Below are positions 28,706 to 39,000 of a DNA stretch of 64,000 nucleotides, one piece after another. A program made the translations under genes and the position numbers. The notes under the pieces are model-generated. The model had not been told where the DNA came from, searched no databases, and saw nothing but the letters and a program-made list of their open reading frames with translations. The DNA is from an uncultured Dehalococcoidaceae bacterium. GTDB lineage: Bacteria; Chloroflexota; Dehalococcoidia; Dehalococcoidales; RBG-16-60-22. The stretch spans positions 144 through 64,143 of the forward strand of contig CAZCZJ010000002.1 of the NCBI GenBank assembly GCA_964503235.1, written 5' to 3'. The first letter of the stretch is position 1, and each line of letters opens with the position of its first letter.

Positions 28706-29803
28706 CTAATAACCCCGGGTTTTGTCTATTACGTTCAGCAGTCTTTTATTGTTAAGGTATCGTTCCAGGTTTATACAGAACAGGTCGGTGGCACGTTTCA
28801 TGTAGTCTTCCATCCCCCCGGAAACATGAGGGGTTAGAATGACGTTATCGAAATCCCACAGCCGACTATCGGTTGGCAGGGGTTCGGTGGCGGTGACGTC
28901 CAGTCCCGCCCCGGCTATCTGCTTTTCATCCAGAGCACGGATGAGGGCTTCTTCATCGATGATGCCGCCCCTTCCGATGTTGATGATATACGCGGTGGGC
29001 TTCATCGCTTTTAATTCCTCTGCCCCTATCAGTCCCGTCGTTTCCGACGTAAGCGGTGTGGCAATCACCACGTAGTCGCTTTCGCCGAGTAATTGCTTCA
29101 ACTGCTTGGCCGGCAGCAGCTTCTCGACATATCTGGCACGTGCCGGTTGTTTAGCCGAACGACGGGTAGCAATCACTCTCATGCCGAATGCTTTACAGAG
29201 GCGCGCCACTTCCCGCCCGATATTGCCCAGTCCCACGATACCCACCGTCTTGTCCCTGAGTACGCCGGGCATGAACCGCGCCCATTCGTGTTTTTGCTGC
29301 ATCCGGAAGCAAAACGGAGCCTGCTTGGCGAACATCAGCATAAACTCCAGCACGAATTCGCTTATCGGTGTGGCATGAATACCGCTTACTCCGGTCAGTA
29401 TTACCGGGCTGTTCCAGATATCCGTGGTGGCAAAACGGTCAACACCGGCCGACATCGTCTGCACCCATTTCAGCCGGGGAGTTCTGGAAAGCAGGTCCTG
29501 AGGGAGAAAAAGACCGTAAATCACCTCGGCTTCAGCCAGGAGAACATTGAGCTTCTCCTTGCCGTCTGACTCACCGCGGAATTCGGAAACAGCCAGTATT
29601 GAACCGTCTTTCACCTTAATTCTAGGGCTGACGCTTGAAATTTGCCGGATGATTTCTTCATTAGCCTGGGGCAGGGATGCACCGAATGCCGGTGTAATTA
29701 CCAGAATGTTTAGCGATTCCACGGAGAATTCTCCTTCTGTGTTGGTTTCAGGGTTGAGCGATATGCGGATAGCGGAACAGTGTCTCTTGATATTATAATC
29801 CAT
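28706..29803 (-). CDS. D-isomer-specific 2-hydroxyacid dehydrogenase family protein
   Basis: NAD fold GIVGLGNIGREVARL and the catalytic region ...INIGRGGIIDE...LTPHVSG. The true start may be internal. Confidence 0.85.
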   Translation of the reverse strand: MDYNIKRHCSAIRISLNPETNTEGEFSVESLNILVITPAFGASLPQANEEIIRQISSVSPRIKVKDGSILAVSEFRGESDGKEKLNVLLAEAEVIYGLFLPQDLLSRTPRLKWVQTMSAGVDRFATTDIWNSPVILTGVSGIHATPISEFVLEFMLMFAKQAPFCFRMQQKHEWARFMPGVLRDKTVGIVGLGNIGREVARLCKAFGMRVIATRRSAKQPARARYVEKLLPAKQLKQLLGESDYVVIATPLTSETTGLIGAEELKAMKPTAYIINIGRGGIIDEEALIRALDEKQIAGAGLDVTATEPLPTDSRLWDFDNVILTPHVSGGMEDYMKRATDLFCINLERYLNNKRLLNVIDKTRGY

Positions 29804-29938
29804 GCCCTGGCCTTTTCCAAATTATATCGCCATTCTCAGGCTTGTCATACCGCAAGTTTGACAAGCTATCAAATTTCATATAGTCTATTCTATACTCAAG
29901 AAAACACAAGATGTGTCAGCTAAAGGAGTCCCGGTCAT

Positions 29939-31195
29939 ATGGAATCCAGGAAGCTGAAGTCAAAAAATGATGAGCAACAGTCTGAGATTCTGGCATTAAG
30001 TCGGATTTCAGCCGCGCTCAGTGGCCTGTGGGATTTGGACGCCATCCTCGGTGTCGGCCTTGACAGTGCGCTGGAGTACATGCATGGCACCGTCGGCGAA
30101 ATCCTGCTTATCGATGAAGACAGACAGAGTCTTTCGCGTCGTGTTCACCGTGGTTTGAGTAAAGAGTTTGTTACCGGTTTACGTACTAATCTCGGTGAGG
30201 GCATTACCGGAAGTGTGGCTCAGAGCGGTAAGGCTGTTTTACTGGAGGACATCTCCTCCGACCCGCGTGTAGCGCATCGTGAACTTATCATTGCCGAAGG
30301 CCTGAAAGCTTTTATATCCGTGCCTCTCCGAGCTAAAGAAATAGTCCTGGGTGTTTTGAATATCGCCAGTCACAGGCCGCGGAAATTTACCAATGATGAT
30401 GTGTACTTTCTATATGCTATCGGCGACCAGCTTGGTATTGCCATCGAACATGCCCGACTATACGAAAGGTTAAGAAATGCCCGCGAAAGACTGCGGAAAC
30501 TGGCCCGGCAGAACCTGGTTGCCGAGGAGGACGAACGTCGCAGGATTGCCCGCGAACTTCATGACGAAACCAGCCAGTCGCTTTCGGGAATAGCCCTACA
30601 ATTACAGGCTTTAATAGAGATGTCCGGCATGTCCGGTACTCCGAGTGAAAAATTTGTTAGCGGATTAAAGAAGGTTCAGGCCTTAACCGTACAGGTCCAT
30701 AATGAAGTAAGTCGGCTGATTTCCAATCTCCATCCGGCTCTACTGGATACACTGGGTCTGGTACCGGCGGTCCGCCAGTATGCGGAGACCAGGTTGCAGC
30801 CCCTTGAGATTGACGTATCCGTGGAAATAAAGGGAAAAGAATTAAGGTTACCCCCTGAAGTTGAGGCGGCACTTTTCCGTTTTATACAGGGGGCGGTAGG
30901 TAATGTTGCCCAGCATTCTCAGGCCAAGAATGTCTCTGTTTTACTGGAGTTCCGACCGGATGAATTCATAATGAAAGTGAGCGATAACGGGCAGGGATTT
31001 GATGTTTCCGAGATTACCGATGTTGAGGAAAGCGGAAGAGGCCGCGGATTATTCAGCATGAGGGAAAGGATAGGTTTTCTCAGCGGTAAAAGCGGCATCG
31101 AGTCGGAAATCGGTAAAGGGACTACCGTCTGGGCCAGCATACCCATAGGTCAGGAAGTAGGATATGCAAAAGATAAGAGTACTGGTAGTCGATGA
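29939..31195 (+). CDS. GAF-domain sensor histidine kinase, NarL-partner type (HisKA_3)
   Basis: GAF block (GITGSVAQSGKAVLLEDI...), H-box ELHDETSQSLSG, and HATPase_c DNGQGF...GRGLFSMRER. Confidence 0.9.
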   Translation: MESRKLKSKNDEQQSEILALSRISAALSGLWDLDAILGVGLDSALEYMHGTVGEILLIDEDRQSLSRRVHRGLSKEFVTGLRTNLGEGITGSVAQSGKAVLLEDISSDPRVAHRELIIAEGLKAFISVPLRAKEIVLGVLNIASHRPRKFTNDDVYFLYAIGDQLGIAIEHARLYERLRNARERLRKLARQNLVAEEDERRRIARELHDETSQSLSGIALQLQALIEMSGMSGTPSEKFVSGLKKVQALTVQVHNEVSRLISNLHPALLDTLGLVPAVRQYAETRLQPLEIDVSVEIKGKELRLPPEVEAALFRFIQGAVGNVAQHSQAKNVSVLLEFRPDEFIMKVSDNGQGFDVSEITDVEESGRGRGLFSMRERIGFLSGKSGIESEIGKGTTVWASIPIGQEVGYAKDKSTGSR

Positions 31196-31817
31196 CCATA
31201 CCATCGTGCGGGATGGTATCTGTGCTTTACTAGCCTTGGTCGGGGACATTGAGGTGGTGGGAGAGGCGGTTAATGGGAGTGAAGCATTGAAAATGGTGGC
31301 TCAACTGCAGCCCGACGTGGTGCTTATGGATATCGCCATGCCTATCATGGGCGGTCTTGAAGCCACCCGCCGGATTACCAGAGAATTCCCGAAAGCCAAG
31401 GTGCTGGTCATCACCCAGCATGATGATAAAGAATATGTTTTCCCGGTATTAGAGTCGGGCGCTTCGGGCCTGATAAGTAAGGCCGCCGCATCCTCGGAGC
31501 TAGCCTCCGGTATTCGCTCGGTCAATAAAGGTGATTCCTTCCTTTCACCTTCCGTTGCCAAGCTGCTGGTGGAAAACTACCAGCAGACCGCAGGAGAAAG
31601 AAATCACCAGGACCCCTATAACCAGCTGACAGAACGGGAAAGAGAGGTTCTCAAGCTGCTGGCGGAAGGTTTCAGTACCCAGGAGATGGCGGATATGCTG
31701 GTAATCACCCGTAAGACCGTGGAAGGCCACAAGACCAACCTCATGACAAAACTCGGTATCCACAACCGCATCGATTTGGTGAAATACGCCCTGCGCCGGG
31801 GTATTATTACTATTTAG
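31164..31817 (+). CDS. NarL/LuxR-family response regulator
   Basis: Receiver VLVVDDH...DVVLMDIAMP, plus the LuxR HTH LTEREREVLKLLAEGFSTQEMADMLVITRKTVEGHKTNLMTKLG. It overlaps the kinase gene by 32 nt. Confidence 0.9.
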   Translation: MQKIRVLVVDDHTIVRDGICALLALVGDIEVVGEAVNGSEALKMVAQLQPDVVLMDIAMPIMGGLEATRRITREFPKAKVLVITQHDDKEYVFPVLESGASGLISKAAASSELASGIRSVNKGDSFLSPSVAKLLVENYQQTAGERNHQDPYNQLTEREREVLKLLAEGFSTQEMADMLVITRKTVEGHKTNLMTKLGIHNRIDLVKYALRRGIITI

Positions 31818-31878
31818 ACTCGTTCCTCATTGTCGTCACCTCTGTTGCTACCATATTCTCGCATTCAATATAGTCTCA

Positions 31879-31952
31879 TTACCCCTTTCTTTCGGGGGTA
31901 AATACCCTGAAAATCAGGGGTATAAATACCAACCATCGGGGTAAAAGCCCCA
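31879..31952. promoter_or_regulatory. Cluster of palindromes built on a TACCCC/GGGGTA core, candidate NarL-type operator or structured leader
   Basis: The sequence reads TTACCCCtttctttcgGGGGTAA, then TACCCTGAaaaTCAGGGGTA, then GGGGTAAAAGCCCC. TACCCCT fits the NarL heptamer consensus TACYYMT. Confidence 0.3.
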
Positions 31953-32017
31953 TTCCTCTTTAACTAAGGATGTCATATAGTGTGTGTTATAAGTGTTTCA
32001 CGGTGAAGGAGGTTATC

Positions 32018-32812
32018 ATGGAACAGACGTATAAAATCCTGATCGTGGATGATGAGCTGGAATTTTCCGAGGCTTTGAAGGCTACCCTCGAAAAAGAAGG
32101 GTATACGGTCGTTTATGCAGATGACCGTGGTGAGGCTGAGAAGGCCGTCCGCCATCATGAGCCCGATATTATTGTTCTGGGAACGATCATGCCCCGGGGA
32201 GACGCATTTCTCTTTCACAAGTGGTTGAAACAGACCCTGGGATTCAGCAGTCTGCCCATTATGGTTATCAACGCTGCCCCGGAACAGCAATTGGTCAAAG
32301 GCTGGCGACGGGATGAAGGAATGCAGTGTGACGCCGAAGACCTTCTGGCTAAGCCCGTCGAGCCGGAAGCGCTGGTTCCCCGCATTCAGAAACTGCTGGA
32401 CAAGACGACGAAGAAAATCCGTGTATTAATCGTCGATGACCATGCCGTGGTCAGAGACGGCATCAGGTCGGTACTGACTTTACAGCGTGACATGCAGGTG
32501 GTCGGTGAGGCTGTTAACGGACAGGAAGCCCTGGAAAAAACGGTGGAACTCCTGCCTGATGTCGTGGTCATGGATATTGTCATGCCGGTAATGAACGGAC
32601 TCGATGCCGCCAGGGAAATATGCAAGAGAGCCCAGCCCGCCAAGGTATTGATGTTGACTCAGTATGACGACGAAGAGAATGTAATGGCAAGTAAACAGGT
32701 TGGAGCCGTAGGTTTCATACCTAAAGCGGCGGCCAGTTCGCAGCTTTTAACGGGAATACGTTCCGTCGCTCGGGGCGATGAATCATGGATTGCGTCGCTC
32801 CAGCCTCATTAG
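32018..32812 (+). CDS. Tandem-receiver protein with no output domain. The first receiver is degenerate and the second is NarL-type.
   Basis: RBS GAAGGAGG precedes the ATG at 32018. REC1 reads ILIVDDE...DIIVLGTIMP, with Gly at the acceptor position. REC2 reads VLIVDDH...DVVVMDIVMPVMNG. The protein ends right after REC2 without a LuxR HTH. Confidence 0.8.
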   Translation: MEQTYKILIVDDELEFSEALKATLEKEGYTVVYADDRGEAEKAVRHHEPDIIVLGTIMPRGDAFLFHKWLKQTLGFSSLPIMVINAAPEQQLVKGWRRDEGMQCDAEDLLAKPVEPEALVPRIQKLLDKTTKKIRVLIVDDHAVVRDGIRSVLTLQRDMQVVGEAVNGQEALEKTVELLPDVVVMDIVMPVMNGLDAAREICKRAQPAKVLMLTQYDDEENVMASKQVGAVGFIPKAAASSQLLTGIRSVARGDESWIASLQPH

Positions 32813-32830
32813 GATTTGCGGAGTTAATGA

Positions 32831-35503
32831 GTGGAAGCAATCACCATAACTCTAAATGGCGTGGAGGTTAGCGGGTACCCTGCTACTACCATCCTTGACT
32901 TGGCCAGAGAACTCGGGGTCAACATTCCCACTCTGTGTCACGACCCGAATCTGGCGTCGACCGGTGCCTGCCGTTTGTGTCTGGTAGAAGATGAGAGAAA
33001 CGGGGCATTACTGGCTTCCTGCGTCACCTCCATTACCCCGGGAATGACCATTAATACCAACTCACCGCGGGTAATAGAACATCGCAAGAAAATCCTCAAA
33101 CTTCTGCTGGCAAGTCACCCCGACTCATGCCTTATCTGTGATAAGGGCAATCGTTGTCAACTCCATCAGCTGGCCGCGCAGATGGGTATCGGATTAAACG
33201 AATTCCAGAGAATACCGCAATTCGATGTTATCGAAGAGGTCAATCCTTTTATCGAGCGGGACCTTTCCAAGTGCATTATGTGTGGCAAGTGTATCAGAGC
33301 CGACCAGGAACTTGTCGTGGAAGGGGCTATCGACTACATACACCGCGGCACCATGGTTAAAGCCGCGACCCTGAATGAAGTCCCTCTGGAAAAATCCGAA
33401 TGTACTTTCTGCGGTACCTGTGTGGCTATCTGCCCCACCGGTGCCATTATGGAAAAGGAAAGGGCTTATGCCGGTACAGTGACAAATACGGTAACGACGG
33501 TATGTCCGTATTGTGGTTGTGGCTGTACTATACTTTTAGGTGTCAAGGATGGCAAAGTGTTACAGGCAGTACCGGCAGATAGCAGTCCTGTAAATGCGGG
33601 TACTCTCTGTGTCCGGGGGAGCTATGGCTGGGATTTTATTAACAGTAGCGACAGATTGACTACTCCTTTAGTCAAAGAAGACGGCGAGTTCCGGGAAGCG
33701 ACCTGGGATGAAGCGTTAACCGCCGTGGCTGACGGATTGAAAAAAATCAAAGAGTCCGGCGGTCCCGACTCGCTGGCGGTTTTCGGTTCGTCGCGGTGCA
33801 CCAATGAGGAGAACTATCTGCTACAGCGTTTCACCCGCAACATCCTGGGAACGAATAATATCGATAACGGCAGTCGTCTTTACAGTGCCGCCAGCCTGAC
33901 GGGGCTGGGAGCCTCGATTGGTTATGCGGGTACAACCGGTTCATTCGATGTTCTGGAGCGGTCACGGGTTATTATCGTCATCGGCGCCAATCCTGAGATA
34001 TCGGCTCCGGCCGTAGCCTATGCCATCAAGCGGGCGGTCAAATATAAAGAGGCAGAGCTATGTGTTATTGACCCGCGTTTCACTCAGCTGGCACGTTTCG
34101 CTCGTTCCTGGCTGCAACCGAGGGTGGGCACAGATATAGCCCTGCTCAACGGTTTAGCCAGAGTGATTATCGATAAAAAGAAATTCGATATGGAATTCGT
34201 CTCTCGCATGACCGATAATTTTACACAATGGGAGGAGAGCCTGGAAAGATATACCCCCGATTACGTAAAGAAGGTAACCGGAATACCGGCGAAGGAAATA
34301 CAGCAGGTAGCGCAGGTCCTCGCCGAAGCTGAAGAGGCGGCTATTATATATGGTAACGGCATTACCCAGTACGCCACCGGCACCGATGCTGTTATCGCCA
34401 TCGCCAACCTGGCGATGCTCACCGGGAATACCGGTAGGTCCGGCGGTATCTTTGCCCTGCAGAGAGAAAATAACGCCCGTGGAGCCTGTGATATGGGCGT
34501 CTTGCCCGATTTTCTCCCCGGTTATCTGAGTATAACTGACTCTCAAAACCGGCAGAAATACGAAAAGAAGTGGGGTGCCAAAATACCCTTAGCCGCCGGG
34601 TACAGCGCCCTGGAGATGATGGAGAAAGCCCGTGAGGGAAAGGTCAAAGGGATGCTCATCATGGGAGAAAACCCGGTCGAAAGCTTTCCCCAGCCGTCTC
34701 TCGTAAAGGAAGCGCTGTCATCTCTGGACTTTCTGGTTGTAGCGGATATGTTTCTCTCGGAAACAGCTAAACTGGCATCGGTCGTCTTGCCGGCATCCAG
34801 CTTCGCGGAAAAAGAAGGGACCTTTACCAACTTTGAGGGGAGGGTGCAAAGATTACATCAAGCAATCGAGCCTGTCGGACAGAGCCTCCCCGATGGTGAG
34901 ATACTGCTCGGGTTATCGGAGGCGATGGGTTCAACGATGCCTTATGCGTCCCAACAGGAAGTCATGGAAGAAATCGAAGAGATGGTGCCCTTTTATCGAC
35001 ATTTAGCCTTCGGTGAAACGGATAAAACAGATTCGGAATGGGGTGATGTTGATGGCGGCAGTCACGCGTCGAGGCGTCTTCATAAGGGGCTGTTCCCCAG
35101 CGGGTTCGGGCGGTTCTCTCCTGTCGAGTACGTACCTCCGCCGCCACCTGACGGTTATACCTTTACTCTCATGATTGGCTCGGTCAGGTACGGTTTCGGC
35201 TCGGGTGTACGAAGCTCACGGTCGGATAGGATGAGCCGATTTAATAGCGACGGATATCTGGATATAAATAGTGCCGACGCTGCAAAACTGGGTATCAGTG
35301 ACGGCGATATGGTGAAGGTAATATCACCTGACGGAAGGCTGGAAAAGGCTGCCAGAATAGACACTGATCTACCCCGGGGCATGTTATTCGCTCCGATATC
35401 ATCACCCGGTGGCGCCGTTTACAAATTATTCGGCACTGTCCTTGACCCGCAATCGAAAGCCCCGGCTATCAAGTCCTGCGCCGTAAAGCTGGAAAGAGTT
35501 TAG
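32831..35503 (+). CDS. FdhA/NuoG-like multi-cluster iron-sulfur protein with a molybdopterin-oxidoreductase-fold domain that lacks the catalytic Sec/Cys
   Basis: N-terminal 2Fe-2S (C..C..C...C), the His-ligated cluster motif HPDSCLICDKGNRC, two 4Fe-4S motifs (CIMCGKC, CTFCGTCVAICP), and the Mo-domain cluster CPYCGCGC. Where FdhH has CARV(U)HGPS, this protein has NGSRLYSAAS. Confidence 0.85.
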   Translation: MEAITITLNGVEVSGYPATTILDLARELGVNIPTLCHDPNLASTGACRLCLVEDERNGALLASCVTSITPGMTINTNSPRVIEHRKKILKLLLASHPDSCLICDKGNRCQLHQLAAQMGIGLNEFQRIPQFDVIEEVNPFIERDLSKCIMCGKCIRADQELVVEGAIDYIHRGTMVKAATLNEVPLEKSECTFCGTCVAICPTGAIMEKERAYAGTVTNTVTTVCPYCGCGCTILLGVKDGKVLQAVPADSSPVNAGTLCVRGSYGWDFINSSDRLTTPLVKEDGEFREATWDEALTAVADGLKKIKESGGPDSLAVFGSSRCTNEENYLLQRFTRNILGTNNIDNGSRLYSAASLTGLGASIGYAGTTGSFDVLERSRVIIVIGANPEISAPAVAYAIKRAVKYKEAELCVIDPRFTQLARFARSWLQPRVGTDIALLNGLARVIIDKKKFDMEFVSRMTDNFTQWEESLERYTPDYVKKVTGIPAKEIQQVAQVLAEAEEAAIIYGNGITQYATGTDAVIAIANLAMLTGNTGRSGGIFALQRENNARGACDMGVLPDFLPGYLSITDSQNRQKYEKKWGAKIPLAAGYSALEMMEKAREGKVKGMLIMGENPVESFPQPSLVKEALSSLDFLVVADMFLSETAKLASVVLPASSFAEKEGTFTNFEGRVQRLHQAIEPVGQSLPDGEILLGLSEAMGSTMPYASQQEVMEEIEEMVPFYRHLAFGETDKTDSEWGDVDGGSHASRRLHKGLFPSGFGRFSPVEYVPPPPPDGYTFTLMIGSVRYGFGSGVRSSRSDRMSRFNSDGYLDINSADAAKLGISDGDMVKVISPDGRLEKAARIDTDLPRGMLFAPISSPGGAVYKLFGTVLDPQSKAPAIKSCAVKLERV

Positions 35504-35507
35504 AAAT

Positions 35508-36026
35508 ATGACGAAACTGCAAAAGAAAAAACCTAAAATCAGTATGAAACAGATAGAGAAAATCGTTGCCGAATACCAGGGTAAAAGGTGGGCGCTGATA
35601 CCCCTTGCCCAGAAAATCCAGGAGCAGGCTGGCTACATACCTCCGGAAGCAATACCCGTTATCGCCCGCCGACTCGGCTTGTTCCCGGCTCAGGTGCAGG
35701 GGGTTGTTACTTTTTATTCTCAGTTGTACACCCATCCCAGGGGTAATAATATCGTCAGGGTATGCCGGGGCACTGCCTGCCACGTACGCGGTGGCAAGTC
35801 CATCCTCAAGCTGGTCAAACAACACCTCAGCATCGATGAAGATGAGACCACCGAAGATATGGAATATACGCTGGAAACGGTGGCCTGCATCGGTGTTTGT
35901 GCGCTGGCGCCCAACCTCGTGGTGAACAATACCATTTACGGCAACATGAATCCTAAAAAGGTTGCCGCTGTTTTCAGTAATTACCGGGGACGTTCTAATG
36001 GTAAAAAAGAAGATAATAAAAAATAA
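35508..36026 (+). CDS. NuoE/HydC-like thioredoxin-fold [2Fe-2S] protein
   Basis: VCRGTACHVRGG....CIGVCALAP motif. 4-nt gap to the upstream gene. Confidence 0.85.
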   Translation: MTKLQKKKPKISMKQIEKIVAEYQGKRWALIPLAQKIQEQAGYIPPEAIPVIARRLGLFPAQVQGVVTFYSQLYTHPRGNNIVRVCRGTACHVRGGKSILKLVKQHLSIDEDETTEDMEYTLETVACIGVCALAPNLVVNNTIYGNMNPKKVAAVFSNYRGRSNGKKEDNKK

Positions 36027-39000
36027 GAATGGCCAGCGCCAGGTTCTCGTCTGCTGTGGGTCGGGCTGTCCCGGCTCGGAGCAGGTGCGGCAATGCCTCG
36101 AAGAGGAAATAGCCCGGCAGGGCCTCGGAGTCGAAGTTAAACCTACCGGTTGCCACGGTTTCTGCCAGCAGGGTCCCACCCTGCTAATCGAGCCCGATAA
36201 TATCCTCTACTGCAAAGTGACCGATGATGATATTCCTGAGGTTGTTCGAGAACATCTGGGTAATAACCGTATTGTCGAGAGGTTGTTGTACGTCGACCCC
36301 GTCTCCGGTAAGACCGTACCGCGCTACTCGGATATCAGGTTCTATGAGGAGCAGAAGCGTATTATCCTGCGAAACTGCGGTCATATCAACCCCGAGAATA
36401 TTGAAGACTATGTCGCCCGGGGCGGGTATCAGTCGCTGAAAAAGGCTATCTTTGATATGACGCCCGAAACCGTTATCGATGAAGTCAAACGTTCCGGACT
36501 GCGGGGCCGTGGCGGCGCGGGGTTTCCCACCGGTCTCAAGTGGGAGACCTGCCGCAACAACCCGGGCTCGCAGAAGTATGCCATCTGCAACGCCGATGAA
36601 GGCGACCCCGGCGCTTTCATGGACCGCTCTATATTGGAGGGCGACCCGCATGCCATGCTGGAAGGGCTGGCGATTACCGCCTATGCTATCGGTGCCAGCG
36701 AAGGCTATATCTATATTCGTATTGAGTATCCGCTGGCGGTCAAGCACCTCTACACGGCCTTAGCCCAGGCGGAAGAAAAGGGATACCTGGGTAAAAATAT
36801 TCTCGGTTCAGACTTCTCCTTTAACGTGCAAATCAAGGAAGGGGCCGGCGCTTTCGTCTGCGGCGAAGAGACGGCCCTGATAGCGTCTATCGAAAGCAAG
36901 CGGGGTATGCCGCGGCCTCGTCCACCCTTCCCGCCACAATCGGGACTGGATGGTAAACCGACGGTCATTAATAATGTCAAAACTCTGGCCACGATTTCTG
37001 CCATCCTGGAAAAAGGTGCTGAATGGTATGCCGGTATCGGCACGGAAAAAAGTCGCGGCACCACCGTCTTCGCTCTCACCGGGAAGATTGCTAACAGCGG
37101 ACTGGTAGAGGTGCCTATGGGCACGCCGCTTTCCCGTATTATCTATGATATGGGAGGCGGCATACCGCGCGGCCGGCAGCTCAAGGCGGTGCAGACCGGC
37201 GGTCCGTCCGGGGGCTGCATCCCTGCCCGCTTTATCGATACTCCCATAGGTTATGAAGAGCTGGCGGCTCTGGGTTCGATTGTCGGCTCGGGCGGCATGG
37301 TGGTTATGGACGAGGCTACCTGTATGGTAGAGGTAGCCCGCTTCTTCCTGAGCTTTACCCAGGCGGAGTCCTGCGGCAAGTGCACGCCCTGTCGATTGGG
37401 AACGCGGCAGATGCTGGAGATTCTGACCCGGATTACCGAGGGCCGGGGACGCGATGAAGATATCGATACCCTGCTCTCCATTGCCGATACAGTTAAGGAA
37501 TGTTCATTATGCAGCCTGGGAAAGACAGCCCCCAATCCGGTCGTTTCCACCATTAAGTATTTCCGCGAAGAGTACGAGGCGCATATCCGTGAGAAGAAAT
37601 GCCCGGCCGCGGTCTGTGAAGCTTTAATGATTTCGCCCTGCCAGCACACCTGTCCCGCAGGTATCAATGTCCCTAAATATGTAGCTCATATCGCCGAAGG
37701 CGAATATAAAGAAGCCATCGAGACTATCCGGGAACGCAATCCTTTCGCTGCGGTCTGCGGTCGTATCTGCCACCACCCCTGTGAGAACCGCTGCCGCCGC
37801 GGTGAACTGGACGAACCCGTCGCCATAAGGTCGTTAAAACGCTTCGCCGCTGACTGGTATGCGGAGCATGGTGCCGAAATCGGCGCTATCGAGCCCTTCC
37901 CGGTAACTAAAAAGGATAAAGTGGCGGTGGTCGGGGCTGGACCTACCGGTCTTGCCTGCGCTTACTTTCTGGCTCAGGCCGGTTACCCGGTTACGGTCTT
38001 TGAAGCCCTGCCGGTGGGTGGGGGTATGCTCTCTGTGGCTATCCCCGAGTTCCGTCTGCCCAAAACTGCCATCCAGCAGGATATAGACTATATCACCGGT
38101 AAGGGAGTGGAGATACGTTACAATACCCCGCTGAATACTAATTTCACCTCTGAGCACCTGAAAAAGGAAGGTTATAAAGCCATCTTTATCGCTGCCGGTG
38201 CCCAGCGCAGTCAGCGACTCGGTATACCCGGAGAGGTGGAGGATGTCGAAGGTCTTTATTACGGTTTGCGGTTCCTCCGGGATGTACGACTTGGCAGGGA
38301 GGTAACCGTGGGTAAGCGGGTAGCTATCATCGGTGGAGGCAACGTTGCTTTGGATGCCGCCCGAACCTGCCTCCGTCTCGGTGCTGAAGAAGCCAGTATT
38401 TATTACCGCCGCTCTCGCGATGAGATGCCTGTTTCCGACGTTGAATATGATGAAGCTACCGATGAGGGCGTTATCATGAATTATCTCATCAGCCCGACGC
38501 GTATCACCAGTGATGACTGGAAGGTAACCGGACTTCAGTGTACCCGCATGGAACTGGGTGCACCGGATGATAGCGGTCGGCGGCGTCCTATCCCGATTAC
38601 CGGCTCGGAATTCAATATCCAAGCGGATACGGTTATTGCTGCCGTCGGTCAGGCGCCTGACCTCTCTTTCCTGCCTCCCGACAGCACCCTGGAGCGTACC
38701 CGCTGGGAAACGTTGGTAGTAGAAAGCAATACTCTGGCCACGAATATTGACGGTGTATTTGCTGGAGGCGACTTTGTGACCGGGCCGGCCATGGTTGTCG
38801 AGGCCATCGCTGCCGGACGCAGGGGTGCCATCGCCATCGATAAGTATTTAAGGGGTGACGATTCACGGGTGGAGATTTACGACCGTAAAAGCGCTGCGAC
38901 TATCGAACCCGCTACAGCTGAGCTTGAAGATACCTGGGAAGAAAAACCGAGGACTAAAATTAAGACATTACCGCTGGCGGACAGGAGAAGCAGTTTTACG

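Noticed and set aside
32831-35503. Calling this gene a bona fide formate dehydrogenase alpha subunit (fdhA)
   Set aside because: The position aligning to the Sec/Cys-His catalytic pair reads Tyr-Ser, and there is no in-frame TGA. Only the fold is Fdh-like.
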